From the NCBI GenBank assembly GCA_002269645.1, contig NIVC01000598.1:272010-336009 (forward strand): DNA of 64,000 bases, written 5' to 3'. Below are positions 12,168-23,469 of this stretch, piece by piece (positions within the stretch are counted from its first letter, which is position 1; each line of letters begins with the position of its first letter). The stretch comes from Macrostomum lignano. Lineage: Eukaryota. The notes below the pieces were generated by a model. That model was not told the DNA's origin. It searched no databases and saw nothing but the letters and a program-made list of their open reading frames with translations. A program made the translations under genes and the position numbers.

Positions 12168-13468
12168 CAAGGGGCACTAGATAAGTTTTTAGCTGCAGTC
12201 AACATGTAACAGTTATAAAGATGAAACTTTTAGAGCTTTTCAAAGTACTCTCCATCAGCTTGGATGCACCGCCTCATCTGCTCAAACCAAGTTTCAAAGC
12301 AGTGGCGCCACTCTGAGTGGGATACCCCCTCAATGGCCGATCTATAGGCATCAACAGCCTCTTCGGCGGAGGAAAATCGGCACCCTCGCATGGAATTCTT
12401 GATGAATGGAAACAATTGATGACCATTGATGAATGGTCAGGTGAATATGGTGGATGACTGAGCTGTTGGAAGCCCACCGTCTGTAGAAACTCTCGAGTTC
12501 AATTTGCCAGTGTGCGCACTGGCGTTGTCCTGGTGCAGCCAGAGACCTCGAATGCCGCACTTTGGCCGCGCCTCTTTAAGGCTGCTGATGACACGCAGCA
12601 GGCAGATGGTGCAGTACCAATCTGCAGTCACTGTGCACTGGCTCTCGAGTGCTACAGTCGCAATGTGGCCAGTCTTTTGGAAGAAAGTTGCCACCATTTG
12701 CTTGCCAGTGCTCCGACCCCTGACAACCTTGGCGTTCTTCATCTTCAAAAGCCCACACATGCAACTGGCATTTTTGCTCGGGTTCGTAGCAATACACCCA
12801 CGTTTTGTCACATGTGACAATGTCTGTGACAGACTTCGACGTCCCTCCACCAAACCTGTCCAGCAGTTCCTGGCACCAGCTCATGCGGGCCTGCTTCTGC
12901 TCAGCAGTGAGCAAATGCGGCACCCAGTGACTGGTCAGCTTGCAGACTGCAAGGTGATCACAAAGGATAGAAGCGACTGTCAGTGATGAGATACCAAGAC
13001 ATGCCTTAATTGTTTGATATGTCACTTGCCGATCAGCCTCAATCATGTGCTGCACGTGGTCGATAGTTTCAGGTGTCATCACTGAAACAGGTCGGCCAGT
13101 TTGACCTTTGTCTTCCAAGCTGTCTCGGCCACGCTTGAACTTTTGGAACCAGGCGGTGACAGTGGCGATGGATGGCGCAAGGTTAGGAAAGGCAGCAGAC
13201 AGCCACTTGTGGCACTGGTGAAATGTCAAGCTGCTCTTAAAATCATAGAAAATCATGGCACAAGAGTGTTCACGATTGAGCTCCATTACAGTGCTGAAAG
13301 AGTCACAGACCTTGTTGAGATAAAATGCAACAGTGAGAGAATGGTGACAATTAGGTGCATGAAACTTTGGGGATCATGATAAAACTTCTTATTCAATATG
13401 CTCAGAAAATATGGCCTCATTTGAATAAACAGTTTGACCACAGCTAAAAACTTATCTAGTGCCCCTCG
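12168..13468 (-). mobile_element. Full-length (1301 bp) mariner with frameshifted transposase pseudogene, irritans-like termini
   Basis: TIRs C(A/G)AGGGGCACTAGATAAGTTTTTAGCTG flanked by TA. Transposase pieces 13286 to 12230 contain WVPHLL, TCDKTW, HQDNASAH, HPPYSPD and the ending DGEYFEKL, split across frames. Confidence 0.95.
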
Positions 13469-14132
13469 TAATATATATTAAAGCCTATAAAGGTACCATT
13501 ACCCATAAGCCTAAAGATCTAGGTAAACTTGTCAACTTTATTAGTTAACTTTGTTGTAACTAATTTGCTATATAACAAAATATATAGGAGTAAAAGATGC
13601 TGACAAAAATAAAAGCAATAAAGTTTACATTATAATTGTATATGTATTTATAATAAATTTATAAATTTATTTTGATCAATTGAAATTGATTTTTATTGTT
13701 GATTTTTATTGTTTATCTCATTCTCATTGTCAAGCCTGTTGTTGCCATCAAATATTCCTAATTTTGTTTTTATAGTTTTATCTTATCTTGTATTTTATCG
13801 CATTTGTATATGGCAAACTACTAGGTAGTATGTGCTACTGTCTAAAATCTAGTCAATCTAGTGAAAGATAATCTGGCTTACCAAACTCTTTTACCAAAAT
13901 GGGCATACAAAACACATTACAAAGAAGTAGCATATATTACCATTTGCAAGTTATTCAATCATATATGTGCAACCCCCTGATTTATACTGGTTATGCAACT
14001 TACTTTTTGACCAAAAATGCAATTTACCTATGAAAGAAACCCTAAAGCAAAATTAATGCAATTTTGAATAAATGGCAGGAATAACTATTATTGTCTTATA
14101 AAGTCTATGATGTCATAATGTCAATGCTTTAA

Positions 14133-14170
14133 GGTTAGGTTTAGGGTTAGGGTTAGGGTTAGGTTTAGAA
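14133..14170 (+). repeat. Short interstitial (TTAGGG)n tract
   Basis: Three perfect TTAGGG units at 14141-14158 with degenerate flanking units. Confidence 0.8.
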
Positions 14171-14360
14171 GGTTAACAGATTTTTTAAGATTTCAAGGCT
14201 TATGGGGGGAATTGCTAAGATGTCAAGGGGGAGTTGATATGCTAAGGCTTGTGGGGGGGGAGGAATTGCTGGCATGTCAAGGCTTACAAGGGGTTGCTGA
14301 GGTATAATGCAAAGAGACGCTTATATGTAGTTTATTAAAAAACTTGTGCTGTATTTTTTG

Positions 14361-14388
14361 GCTCCCCAACGGGGGCGCTGATTGCTAG
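14361..14388 (+). mobile_element. Helitron-like 3' terminus
   Basis: GC hairpin GCTCCCC-AAC-GGGGGC followed by GATTGCTAG|T. The last 10 nt are identical to the ends of Helitrons L and R; no 5' end was identified. Confidence 0.55.
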
Positions 14389-15350
14389 TACTATGTCTAT
14401 ATTCTTTTTTTGTGGGCATTTTTGCAACTTACCCTTGGTCTACTACAATTAATGGTAGCCAAATCAGCCAGATTGGTCAATAGTTGCGCATGTTTATATT
14501 CAATAATGGAGATATCTAACATTGAAAATTAGGCAATTCTTGTTATGATGACAACCATATAAATAATGATTTAGTTTTTTTGTAGTCAATACAATAAATA
14601 CTATCTAGGGTTAAATATAACTGTTTAACTAGGCTTAATTAAGAAAAATGCTTTTTTACAAAGGTCAAGTAAACTGTGATTTCAAAAAATGCTAGAAACA
14701 GTGCTAGAAAAAACTTATTGACTAAATTTTTATTCTGTTTGATAAAGATTATATAAGTTGAAAGCACAATGTAAAAATAAATCCAAAGACTTGATTATGA
14801 TTGCATAACTATATTGTTGAATTTAATAGACTGATTCTGTCCTAGAGCTTTTCTGTCTGTTATAGATATTTCCTATTTCTTACTAGTAGCATTCTTACTC
14901 TATATTAGTAGCATTCTATGTAGGCCTAGGCAATCCTAATACTAAAACTCACATGTTGTTTATCTATGTATTCGGTAACTCCTCTGAAAATACTGCCAAG
15001 TCAGCATTGAAACTTATATAGGCAAACTGCAAATTTTAATGTATATTACTATTACTGGTATACATATTGTGTGTATGTCTTCTAGCCTTGGGCATTCCTA
15101 GGATTAGAGAGTCATGGCCTTCAATATCTACATATGCTCTGAGATCTACTTTGTTTCTATCTGATTTCAGTATTCGAATTATTATTAAGTATATGCTCCT
15201 TCTATTTTACTCAGAAAATTAAACAGTTCAGATGCAATTCTCAATTTATTTGGAACTCACTTTCTTATTACCTAATAAATTCTTTTTCTTAGTCAAAGAG
15301 GTTGCAATGATTAGAAAACAGTTATTCCCTATTTAACCCAAAGTTTATAG

Positions 15351-16354
15351 CAAGGACGACTTAAGTAGAAGGACGGGAAACCTCGTTTCTTAGAAATTTT
15401 TTGAAGGCACTTTTTCCCGAAAAAATACACTACGGAGATAGGAAATTTTCATTTTTTCAGCACAAAAATTGCTATTACTTTTGATAGGAGGCAGATCCAG
15501 TGCTCATCTTTTGATATGTTGTGCCTTTTTTATTGCTCTATCGATATTTATAAAGCTTTCTGTTCAGAAAATTAGGATTCTATGTTAATTTTTTATTCTA
15601 CGTATATTTCCTGTATCTAAAAATCACAAAAATGCATGACACAGCTTCAATATTTGGTTTTATGAACCTATTTTATCATACATGCGCAACCTCCAAAATT
15701 CGGTCGGCCGTGCGACTTAGTTTTAACAAAAATGCGACGTAGTTTTTGGCCAAAAATGCGACTTACATGTAAAAAAACCCTAAAGCAAAATTAACGCAAC
15801 TTTGGGTAAACGGCAGGAGTAACTATGACTGTTTTATTAAGCCAAAATGCCTCGTCAGCTACTTAGTACTACTACTTGGGTATTTTTTTAGGTGGACATT
15901 TTTGCGACTTCCTTGGTTGGCTGCCAAATCAGTCGGCCGGATCGGCCGACTCGGCCGACTGTTGCGCACGTATGTATTTTATCATCTCTGTTACAAATAT
16001 TCGCTACACAGTCAGGTAAGAAGGATAAAATAGACTCATAAAATCAAAGAGCCAAGCCGTGGCATTCTAATGTATTTCAAGCACAAGACACATGAAAATA
16101 TACGTAGAATAAAAAATTAACATAGAATCCTAATTTTCTGAACAGAAAGCTTTATAAATATCGATAGAGCAATAAAAAAGGCACAACATATCAAAAGATC
16201 AACACTGGATCTGCCTCCTATCAAAAGTTATAGCAATTTTTGTGCTGAAAAAATGAAAATTTCCTATCTCCGCAGTGTATTTTTTCGGGAAAAAGTGCCT
16301 TCAAAAAATTTCTAAGAAACGAGGTTTCCCGTCCTTCTACTTAAGTCGTCCTTG
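15351..16354. mobile_element. Young non-autonomous DNA transposon with about 265-bp TIRs and 8-bp TSD (P-element-like termini)
   Basis: Termini CAAGGACGACTTAAG / CTTAAGTCGTCCTTG with a perfect TSD GTTTATAG (15343-15350, 16355-16362). The arms at about 15351-15615 and 16090-16354 are nearly identical. Confidence 0.9.
15677..15974. mobile_element. MITE (298 bp) in the centre of the P-like element
   Basis: 14-bp TIR CATAC(A/G)TGCGCAAC with one mismatch, flanked by TAT on both sides. Confidence 0.75.
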
Positions 16355-16589
16355 GTTTATAGATCTATTTTTACTAAAAAATTGGTTCTATTTAAAACAA
16401 AGAAAATATATACTTTGGAAAATATGCAAAGCAAAACAAATTAGCTTTCTAAAAAATCCATGCAGATTTAATTTGCAAAAAAGTTCTTATTTCATGCAAG
16501 AAGGCCTTAAACAATACTAACTGAGAAACTGTGTATATCATAACTGCTTTTTGTGACATTTACCTTTAACTACCCCTGTTTTCATGCCA

Positions 16590-17097
16590 ATGGGCGCCTT
16601 CCTAGACAAACCTGTTGTAAACAAAGTGTCCGGCAGCGGCCAGCTGCCCGACGGCATCGCCTACGGCCACTCCACCATGCAGGGCTGGCGCACCAGCCAG
16701 GAGGACGCGCACGCCTGCGCTCCCGGCTTCGACGCCAGCCAGCCAGACCGGCACCTGTTCGCCGTCTTTGATGGCCACGGCGGCGCCGAGGTGGCACTCT
16801 ACCTGGCCAAGCACCTCCCCCAGTACCTGCTGCAGACTGACACCTACCAGAGCGGCGACTTTGAACAAGCGCTCAAGGACGCCTTTCTTGGCCTCGATGC
16901 CAAGCTGCTCGAGCCCGAGGTGGCCGCCGTGCTGAAGAGCCTCGCCAAATCGGCCGAAGACGACTCCGAGTCCGACCAGGACGCCATGGCCGAGGAGGCC
17001 AGCGCCCTGCGCGAGGAGGCTGACATGCCGCTGGACCGCCTGCTGCGCACCATCAACGCGGCCGCAGCGGCCAGGCGTCAGCGTAGGGCAGAGGAAG
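16590..17097 (+). CDS. PPM1G: PPM1G-type protein phosphatase 2C, exon 1
   Basis: MGAFLDKP (myristoylation-type N-terminus), SMQGWR-like TMQGWRTSQEDAH and FAVFDGHGG motifs. Donor GAAG|GTGAG, phase 1. Confidence 0.9.
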
Positions 17098-17134
17098 GTG
17101 AGATTTTTCGGATCCAATCTCTTACCATCATTCA

Positions 17135-17975
17135 CTGACCATTTCTGACCAATTCTAAATATCACCCTCTCTGACCAATTCTGACCATCATCCTCTGACC
17201 AATTCTGACCATCATCCTCTGACCAATTCTGACCATCACCCTCTGACCAATTCTGACCATCATCCTCTGACCAATTCTGACCATCACCCTCTGACCAATT
17301 CTGACCATCACCCTCTGACCAATTCTGACCATCATCCTCTGACCAATTCTGACCATCACCCTCTGACCAATTCTGACCATCATCCTCTGACCAATTCTGA
17401 CCATCATCCTCTGACCAATTCTGACCATCATCCTCTGACCAATTCTGACCATCATCCTCTGACCAATTCTGACCATCATCCTCTGACCAATTCTGACCAT
17501 CATCCTCTGACCAATTCTGACCATCATCCTCTGACCAATTCTGACCATCACCCTCTCTGAGCAATTCTGACCATCATCCTCTGACCAATTCTGACCATCA
17601 CCCTCTGACCAATTCTGACCATCATCCTCTGACCAATTCTGACCATCATCCTCTGACCAATTCTGACCATCATCCTCTGACCAATTCTGACCATCATCCT
17701 CTGACCAATTCTGACCATCATCCTCTGACCAATTCTGACCATCATCCTCTGACCAATTCTGACCATCATCCTCTGACCAATTCTGACCATCATCCTCTGA
17801 CCAATTCTGACCATCATCCTCTGACCAATTCTGACCATCATCCTCTGACCAATTCTGACCATCATCCTCTGACCAATTCTGACCATCATCCTCTGACCAA
17901 TTCTGACCATCATCCTCTGACCAATTCTGACCATCATCCTCTGACCAATTCTGACCATCACCCTCTCTGAGCAAT
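17135..17975. repeat. 24-bp minisatellite filling the PPM1G intron
   Basis: About 35 units of CTGACCAATTCTGACCATCA(T/C)CCT. Confidence 0.95.
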
Positions 17976-18021
17976 TCTTCAGTTATTGCCTACAAACTTA
18001 TTTAATCTTCTCAATCGCCAG

Positions 18022-19124
18022 TTGAGTCAGCTGAAGCCGCTGTCGCTGAAAACGAGAACAACGAGAATACGGAGCGGGAGGCGGCCGCCCACACCGCCGA
18101 CTCTGCCGATAACGGCGTCAATGGTTCTGCCGCCGCCGCCACCGCTGCTGCTGCCACCAACGACGAGGGCGCCGGCAGTTCGTCGAATGCGGAGGCGAAG
18201 GCAGCGGCGGAGGAAGACGCCGAGGCAGAGGAAGACGACAAAGACTACGTGCCCGGCGAAGCGGATGAGGAAGAGGAGGAGGAAGAAGAGGAAGACGAGG
18301 AAAGCAAAGATGAGGGCGATGAAGATGAGGAGGATGGCGAGGAAGGTGAGGAAGGCGACGATGATGAAGAGGAGGACTCCGAATCCGAGGAATCGGACGA
18401 GTCAGAAGAGTACGAGGTCATCATGCCCACCGGTGACGACCCCGGCGTGGACTCCGGGACCACCGCCGTGGTGGCCCTGATGGTTGGCGACCGGCTGTTC
18501 GTGGCCAACGCTGGCGACTCGCGCGCTGTCCTGTCCGATGCCGGCGTCGCGGTCGACATGAGCGACGATCACAAGCCGGAGGATGAGCCAGAGCGGCAGC
18601 GCATCGAGACTGCTGGCGGTCACGTGACTAAGGAGGGCCGCGTGAACGGCGGCCTGAACTTGAGCCGAGCCATCGGAGACCACGCCTACAAGCAGAACTC
18701 CGAGCTGACGGCCGCCAAGCAGATCATCAGCCCGCTGCCCGACGTTCGCTCGGTCACCATCACAGACAGTCACCGGTTTCTTCTGTTGGCCTGCGACGGC
18801 ATCTGGAACTCGATGTCCTCCCAGGAGGCCGTGGACTTCTGCGAGAAGCGCCTGTCCGCCGGGCTTGGCCCCGAGCAGGTGTGCGAGGCCCTGTTCGACC
18901 ACTGCCTGGCCCCCAACACCGAGGACTCGGACGGGACCGGCTGCGACAACATGACGGCCGTGCTGGTCCGCTTCCACGGCGCCGACCAGCAGCAGGCGGC
19001 GGAAGGCGTCTCCCGCAAGCGCCAGCTGCCATCAGCCGGCCAGGAGGCCGAGGCCGCCGCCGGCGCTGAAGCTTCCGCCGCGGCCGCTGGGGAGAGTGAG
19101 AGCAAGAGAGCCAAGGAGGGCTAG
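18022..19124 (+). CDS. PPM1G: PPM1G-type PP2C, exon 2 (acidic insert and catalytic C-half)
   Basis: Acceptor CGCCAG|TT is phase-compatible with exon 1. Contains a poly-E/D acidic domain (PPM1G hallmark), [40 protein letters not shown] and a basic C-terminal tail; stop TAG at 19122-19124. Confidence 0.93.
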
Positions 19125-19244
19125 GATTGTGGCAACTGTTGACTGCTTTGCATGCGGCATTTGACCTTTGACCCCGCCCTGTCTGCTGTGTTGCTTTCTG
19201 TGTCAGCGAGCTGAGCTTATCGCCAATCATGTATGAAATTATCT

Positions 19245-19755
19245 TGGGTGATGCTGGTGATTATCATGGGTGATGCTGGTGATTATCATGGGTGATGCTG
19301 GTGATTATCATAGATGATGCTGGTGATTATCATGGGTGATGCTGGTGATTATCATAGATGATGCTGGTGATTATCATAGATGATGCTGGTGATTATCATG
19401 AGTGATGCTGGTGCTTATTATAGGTGATGCTGGTGATTATTATAGGTGATGCTGGTGATTATCATGAGTGATGCTGGTGATAATCATAGGTGATGCTGGT
19501 GATTATCATAGATGATGCTGGTGATTATCATGGGTGATGCTGGTGATTATCATAGATGATGCTGGTGATTATCATGGGTGATGCTGGTGATTATCATAGA
19601 TGATGCTGGTGATTATCATAGATGATGCTGGTGATTATCATAGCTGATGCTGGTGATTATCATGGGTGATGCTGGTGATTATCATGGGTGATGCTGGTGA
19701 TTATTTTAGGTGATGCTGGTGATTATCATGGGCGATTCTGGTGATTATTATGACT
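19245..19755. repeat. 21-bp minisatellite downstream of the PPM1G stop
   Basis: Tandem GTGATGCTGGTGATTATCAT(G/A)G-type units. Confidence 0.95.
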
Positions 19756-20469
19756 CCGATTAGTGTTTAAGTCCATAGCCAGCAATGATGATTATTACTG
19801 CAAGCCAGGTGATCATCTGCTCGAGTAAACAGGTTATGTTTATCATGAAAATTTGGATTTAATGAATGGCTCAGCTATCATTCCAGAATAGTTCATGAAT
19901 CAGGCCATTGGCTCCCTCACCGTGCTGGCAGATAAATGAACTGGCTGGCCTCCCCCGATTTGAATAATTTGTGCTTTTGTCCAGTTGTGTGTGCGTGTTG
20001 CCATGCAAAAAATGCATTTCAACGACCCAGTTGAACCCCCTTTCTGCAGTCCCTCGCTTTACTTTTCAAAAGTAAAACGTGTCGCTGTTTCCATTTTTTA
20101 CCGTTTCTCCCCGACCTGAATGAACTCGCCTCCCAGCGTTTGCGTTTCTTGTTGTCGCTTTTAAACTGCGCATCAAATTGTTAATCTCTGTGTGTTCCGG
20201 GTTGCGCACTGGTTACATTTTTCATAGCTGTTCTTTTCGCTTACTGAGCGAGTTTTAGCCTGGTCGGCCGATTCCGTACCTGAGGTGATGAAAATTAATT
20301 AATACTTGAATAATTAGGCCATACTAATAAACATATTGTCTATTTTTATTTGTTCGCGCAGCGGCGGGCAACAGTCCGGTCTGCCCGGCCCTGATTGAGG
20401 AAATGCCTGGCTGGGTCTGCCTTCGTTTATCGCTTTATTGTTTGATGTACTTCACAGCAGAGATCCGCC

Positions 20470-20718
20470 ATCTCAGATACTCGGGTCGGGTAGCCACTGA
20501 GTCCCAGATACTCGGGTCGGGTCGCCACTGAGTCCCAGATACTCGGGTCGGGTCGCCACTGAGTCCCAGATACTCGGGTCGGGTCGCCACTGAGTCCCAG
20601 ATACTCGGGTCGGGTCGCCACTGAGTCCCAGATACTCGGGTCGAGTCGCCACTGAGTCCCAGATACTCGGGTCGGGTCGCCACTGAGTCCCAGATACTCA
20701 GGTCGGGTAGCCACTGAG
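20470..20718. repeat. 31-bp minisatellite
   Basis: About 8 units of GTCGCCACTGAGTCCCAGATACTCGGGTCGG. Confidence 0.95.
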
Positions 20719-20795
20719 TCTCTATAATAAATCTAAGGCTAGAAAATACAGTTGTACTTTTATAGAAGCAATCAGTTAACTTGCACTTTAACTCT

Positions 20796-21143
20796 GTTTC
20801 AGCGGCAGCCGCGCGCTCAGCTCCCGCCCGCCAATGTCCGCCTGCCTGCCGCTTGCCGCCAACGCTCCCCTGCCAGCCGTAGACACCGTCGGCTGGTCGA
20901 CACCGCGCCGCGCCGTCTCAGTGAGCGCCACGCGAGCCCGTGCCGCTGATGGCGGCAGCGCCACGACGCGCCGCGCATTCTCGGCGAACTCTCGTCGATC
21001 TCGGCAACCGTGGCGCCGGCCGCCGCCCCAGCAGCGGCGGCAAGACTCGACTCGCCGCGTCGCCGCCTGGCGCAACTGGCGCGCCAGTTCTGCGCCACGC
21101 GCCATCCTACGCTTGGCGCCACTGGTGCAGAACGCTAGTTCAG
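20796..21143 (+). other. Candidate upstream exon of the EF-hand gene (GC-rich, low complexity)
   Basis: Acceptor TGTTTCAG| follows the 31-bp array; donor CAG|GTGTGG. ORF from ATG 20834 ends in phase 1 and could join an AG at 21557-21558 in frame with the EF-hand exon. No recognisable domain. Confidence 0.3.
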
Positions 21144-21608
21144 GTGTGGAGTCTATGGCCGAACCGCCCCAAAGCACTCTCGATGTCGTACATCTTAGAT
21201 AGTTTAAACTGTTGTCTCATCATTTTTCATTTTTCGCCGCGTCGCCGACGATGCTGGATTTTCGGTCAAGCTGACGTCTATTGAACCTCTGTGCCTCTCT
21301 GTCTCTCCGCCTATAGCTGTGATGCAGTGGAACTTTACATTCATTTCGATTGATTGCTAAATAAATAGTTAATAATCACTTTTTTAGTAATTTTTCAGCT
21401 TTTCTAATCACTATCATCACTCAAATTAGCGGCTTATTCAAAAACTTATTTCGAATAGTTTTTACGGTTGCATTCGTGCATTAGTTTATGGCAAAGTTGT
21501 CAAGCTGTGTTAGAAAAAGAGCTTGAAAAGCTTGCATCTTGCACACAACTGCGCGCAGTCCACCCGATTGCTTGTGCGGCTAACTGGGGCGTCAACTCGT
21601 CTAGAGAC

Positions 21609-21839
21609 ATGCGACGCAGTCTGAACATTCACGCGACCACCAGCCAGAATGTTACCCTGGACTCCCTGATGCTGAAGGTCTTCCAGAGCATGGCCAGGAA
21701 GAAGGACTCCGGCCTCACCTCGGACGACATCATTGTTGCCATGCGCCGCCAGAATCCCTACAAGTTCATCAGCAATGACGTGTACGACCTGATCCATTCC
21801 GCTCTGGGCACCGAGGGAGTCGACGTCACCAGCTTCCGG
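21609..21839 (+). CDS. Divergent calmodulin-like EF-hand protein, coding exon A
   Basis: MRRSLNIH...KVFQSMARKKDSGLTSDDIIVAM...GTEGVDVTSFR with GC3-rich codons; donor CGG|GTGAGA, phase 0. The start codon is uncertain. Confidence 0.7.
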
Positions 21840-22665
21840 GTGAGAGCTGGAAGACTTTAGGGTTGAGGAGGTCCAGATTCGAGTGTTCCAGATATTTGCA
21901 TGTGTGTACTAGTAGAACTCAAACTTTGCGGGTTTGCACTTACTCGCCGCCAGTTGTTGGCAATACGGTTACAAGTACCCGCTACAAGAAATTTGAACGA
22001 AGTTTCCCCGCCTGACCTTATTGTATGTAGTAGCCATAGACCTGTTGGTGATGTTTGAACAAGTTTTAAGCCATGATAGAAAGGTCTCGCAAACACAACG
22101 GACCCAAGGGCACATTTATTTTGGTGCTTGTGCACGAAAATTGGCCGGAGGTTGTCGTACGATTCACACCTACGAGGGCCAAGCTCCAAGGTACACGTCT
22201 GGCAGTTACAAACTTAGGGCCGCTGTACACCCTGGGCCTTTTCATATTGCTTGTTCTGGTACCAGAACCAATTTGTGAAGTATAACTTTTTGTCTCCATA
22301 ACTAGAGGGAGATACGTGCCATAAAGTTTTTATTATTGAATGACAATCGCCAAGAAGAAAGTGAAAAATTGTGCTAAGTGAGGTTGTTAAAGGCAGTCAA
22401 ATATTAACAGAGTTAAATAGTTATACTGCTGTTTTTCTTGGAATTCCGAACCGATTCTGGAATTGGTAATATGAAAAGGCCCCCTGCTGTGTGAGCACTG
22501 TTTATGAGTGCGTGCTTGCGTACGACATTTTCGTATAGTCTGCGAAATGGGCAGAATTGCCTCACTAATATTTAGGGAACGGCATAAAGTGACCACAGCT
22601 CTCGCGCAAATGCTTGTTCACTTCATTTCTATCAACCTCGCGCTCACCGCCGCCGCCCCTCAAAG

Positions 22666-23043
22666 AACTTCGCCGCCCGCATCATCAGCGAGAACGTTGA
22701 GAATTACCTAAACGAGTACATGGAGGCGCTGCAGGTGGGCAACGAGGGCTGCCTCACCCGCTACCGCCTGGAGATGCTCTTCTGCCAGGAGATCGGCGCC
22801 AAGATCAGCCACACCGATGAGGCCTTCGATTCGCTCGAAGATGACTCCGTCATCACCGTGGAGACGCTCTGGCGGCTGCTAGAGGACAGGCGGCGCCTGC
22901 TTAGCTCTTTGGTGAGGCACATCTTCCGGACGGAGATTAATGCAGACTGCGGTGACGACATCCTCGACAGGTTCACCTCGACCACCGCCGACATGCTCAG
23001 CAAGAGGAGAAGCCGCCGGTGCAGCTGCTGCAACCTGCTGTGA
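22666..23043 (+). CDS. Divergent calmodulin-like EF-hand protein, coding exon B ending in RRSRRCSCCNLL (CaaX)
   Basis: CTCAAAG| acceptor in phase 0. NFAARII...ALQVGNEGCLTRYRLEMLF...GAKISHTDEAFDSLEDDSVITVETLWRLL fits EF3/EF4 spacing; stop TGA at 23041-23043. Confidence 0.7.
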   Translation, partial: NFAARIISENVENYLNEYMEALQVGNEGCLTRYRLEMLFCQEIGAKISHTDEAFDSLEDDSVITVETLWRLLEDRRRLLSSLVRHIFRTEINADCGDDILDRFTSTTADMLSKRRSRRCSCCNLL

Positions 23044-23469
23044 CTGAATTAACAATTGATTACTTGTTTAGACTGCTTGATTCGGCTATGCCATTGTTTG
23101 AAATTTAATAGAATTTGGCCGCTATTAAAAACATGCATGTCGTCTTGGTGCTCCTGTTTTGCTAATTTTTTAAATAACGGGAACAACATGGAAATGTATT
23201 GACGTCGCTTAAATTGACAAACTGTAATACTGTAAAATGAAGTGTCAACAAATGCTAGTCCAAGTCCCCATCCTAGTGGTATTAAATTTAAACCCAAGAC
23301 TTGTCCGAGCAAATGTCTATAATTAAAGTTTTATGATGCTCTCGATCGCATCGATGATACATAGAAAAGGTAAATTCTACTTCCCGTCATCCCTAACAAT
23401 TCAGAATTTTTGGAATCGACACGCATAACATAAAAGTATCTTTGAATAATCTCCCACTTTTCAATTTTT

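Larger units (their letters stand above)
13960..14496. mobile_element. MITE (older copy) carrying an internal insertion
   Basis: TIR-like CATATATGTGCAAC ... GTTGCGCATG. The body aligns with the MITE at 15677-15974 (CCCTAAAGCAAAATTAA, GGCAGGA.TAACTAT, CATTTTTGC.ACTT) except for an extra block at about 14125-14388. Confidence 0.7.

Noticed and set aside
350-14930. Recurrent TAGGCC(C/T)TA-type motifs in the AT-rich DNA
   Set aside because: They are short, scattered, and have no spacing or boundary pattern that could be tested from this window.
16602-17974. Minus-strand ORFs with (SEDDGQNW)n or (MMVRIGQR)n, and similar periodic ORFs at 8307-10368, 23442-24457, 26747-27346, 30258-30587, 31392-32016 and 39342-40976
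   Set aside because: They are artefacts of tandem-repeat translation.
18402-19230. Antisense and alternative-frame ORFs over PPM1G, and likewise over PLC exons (26002-26729, 29336-30025) and bestrophin
   Set aside because: These are shadow ORFs expected from GC3-rich coding sequence and have no independent motifs.
22100-22235. Motifs GGGCCGCTGTACAC and CACATTTATTT shared with 34865-35000, a possible Harbinger-type MITE
   Set aside because: The second terminus and a TSD could not be found in either copy.
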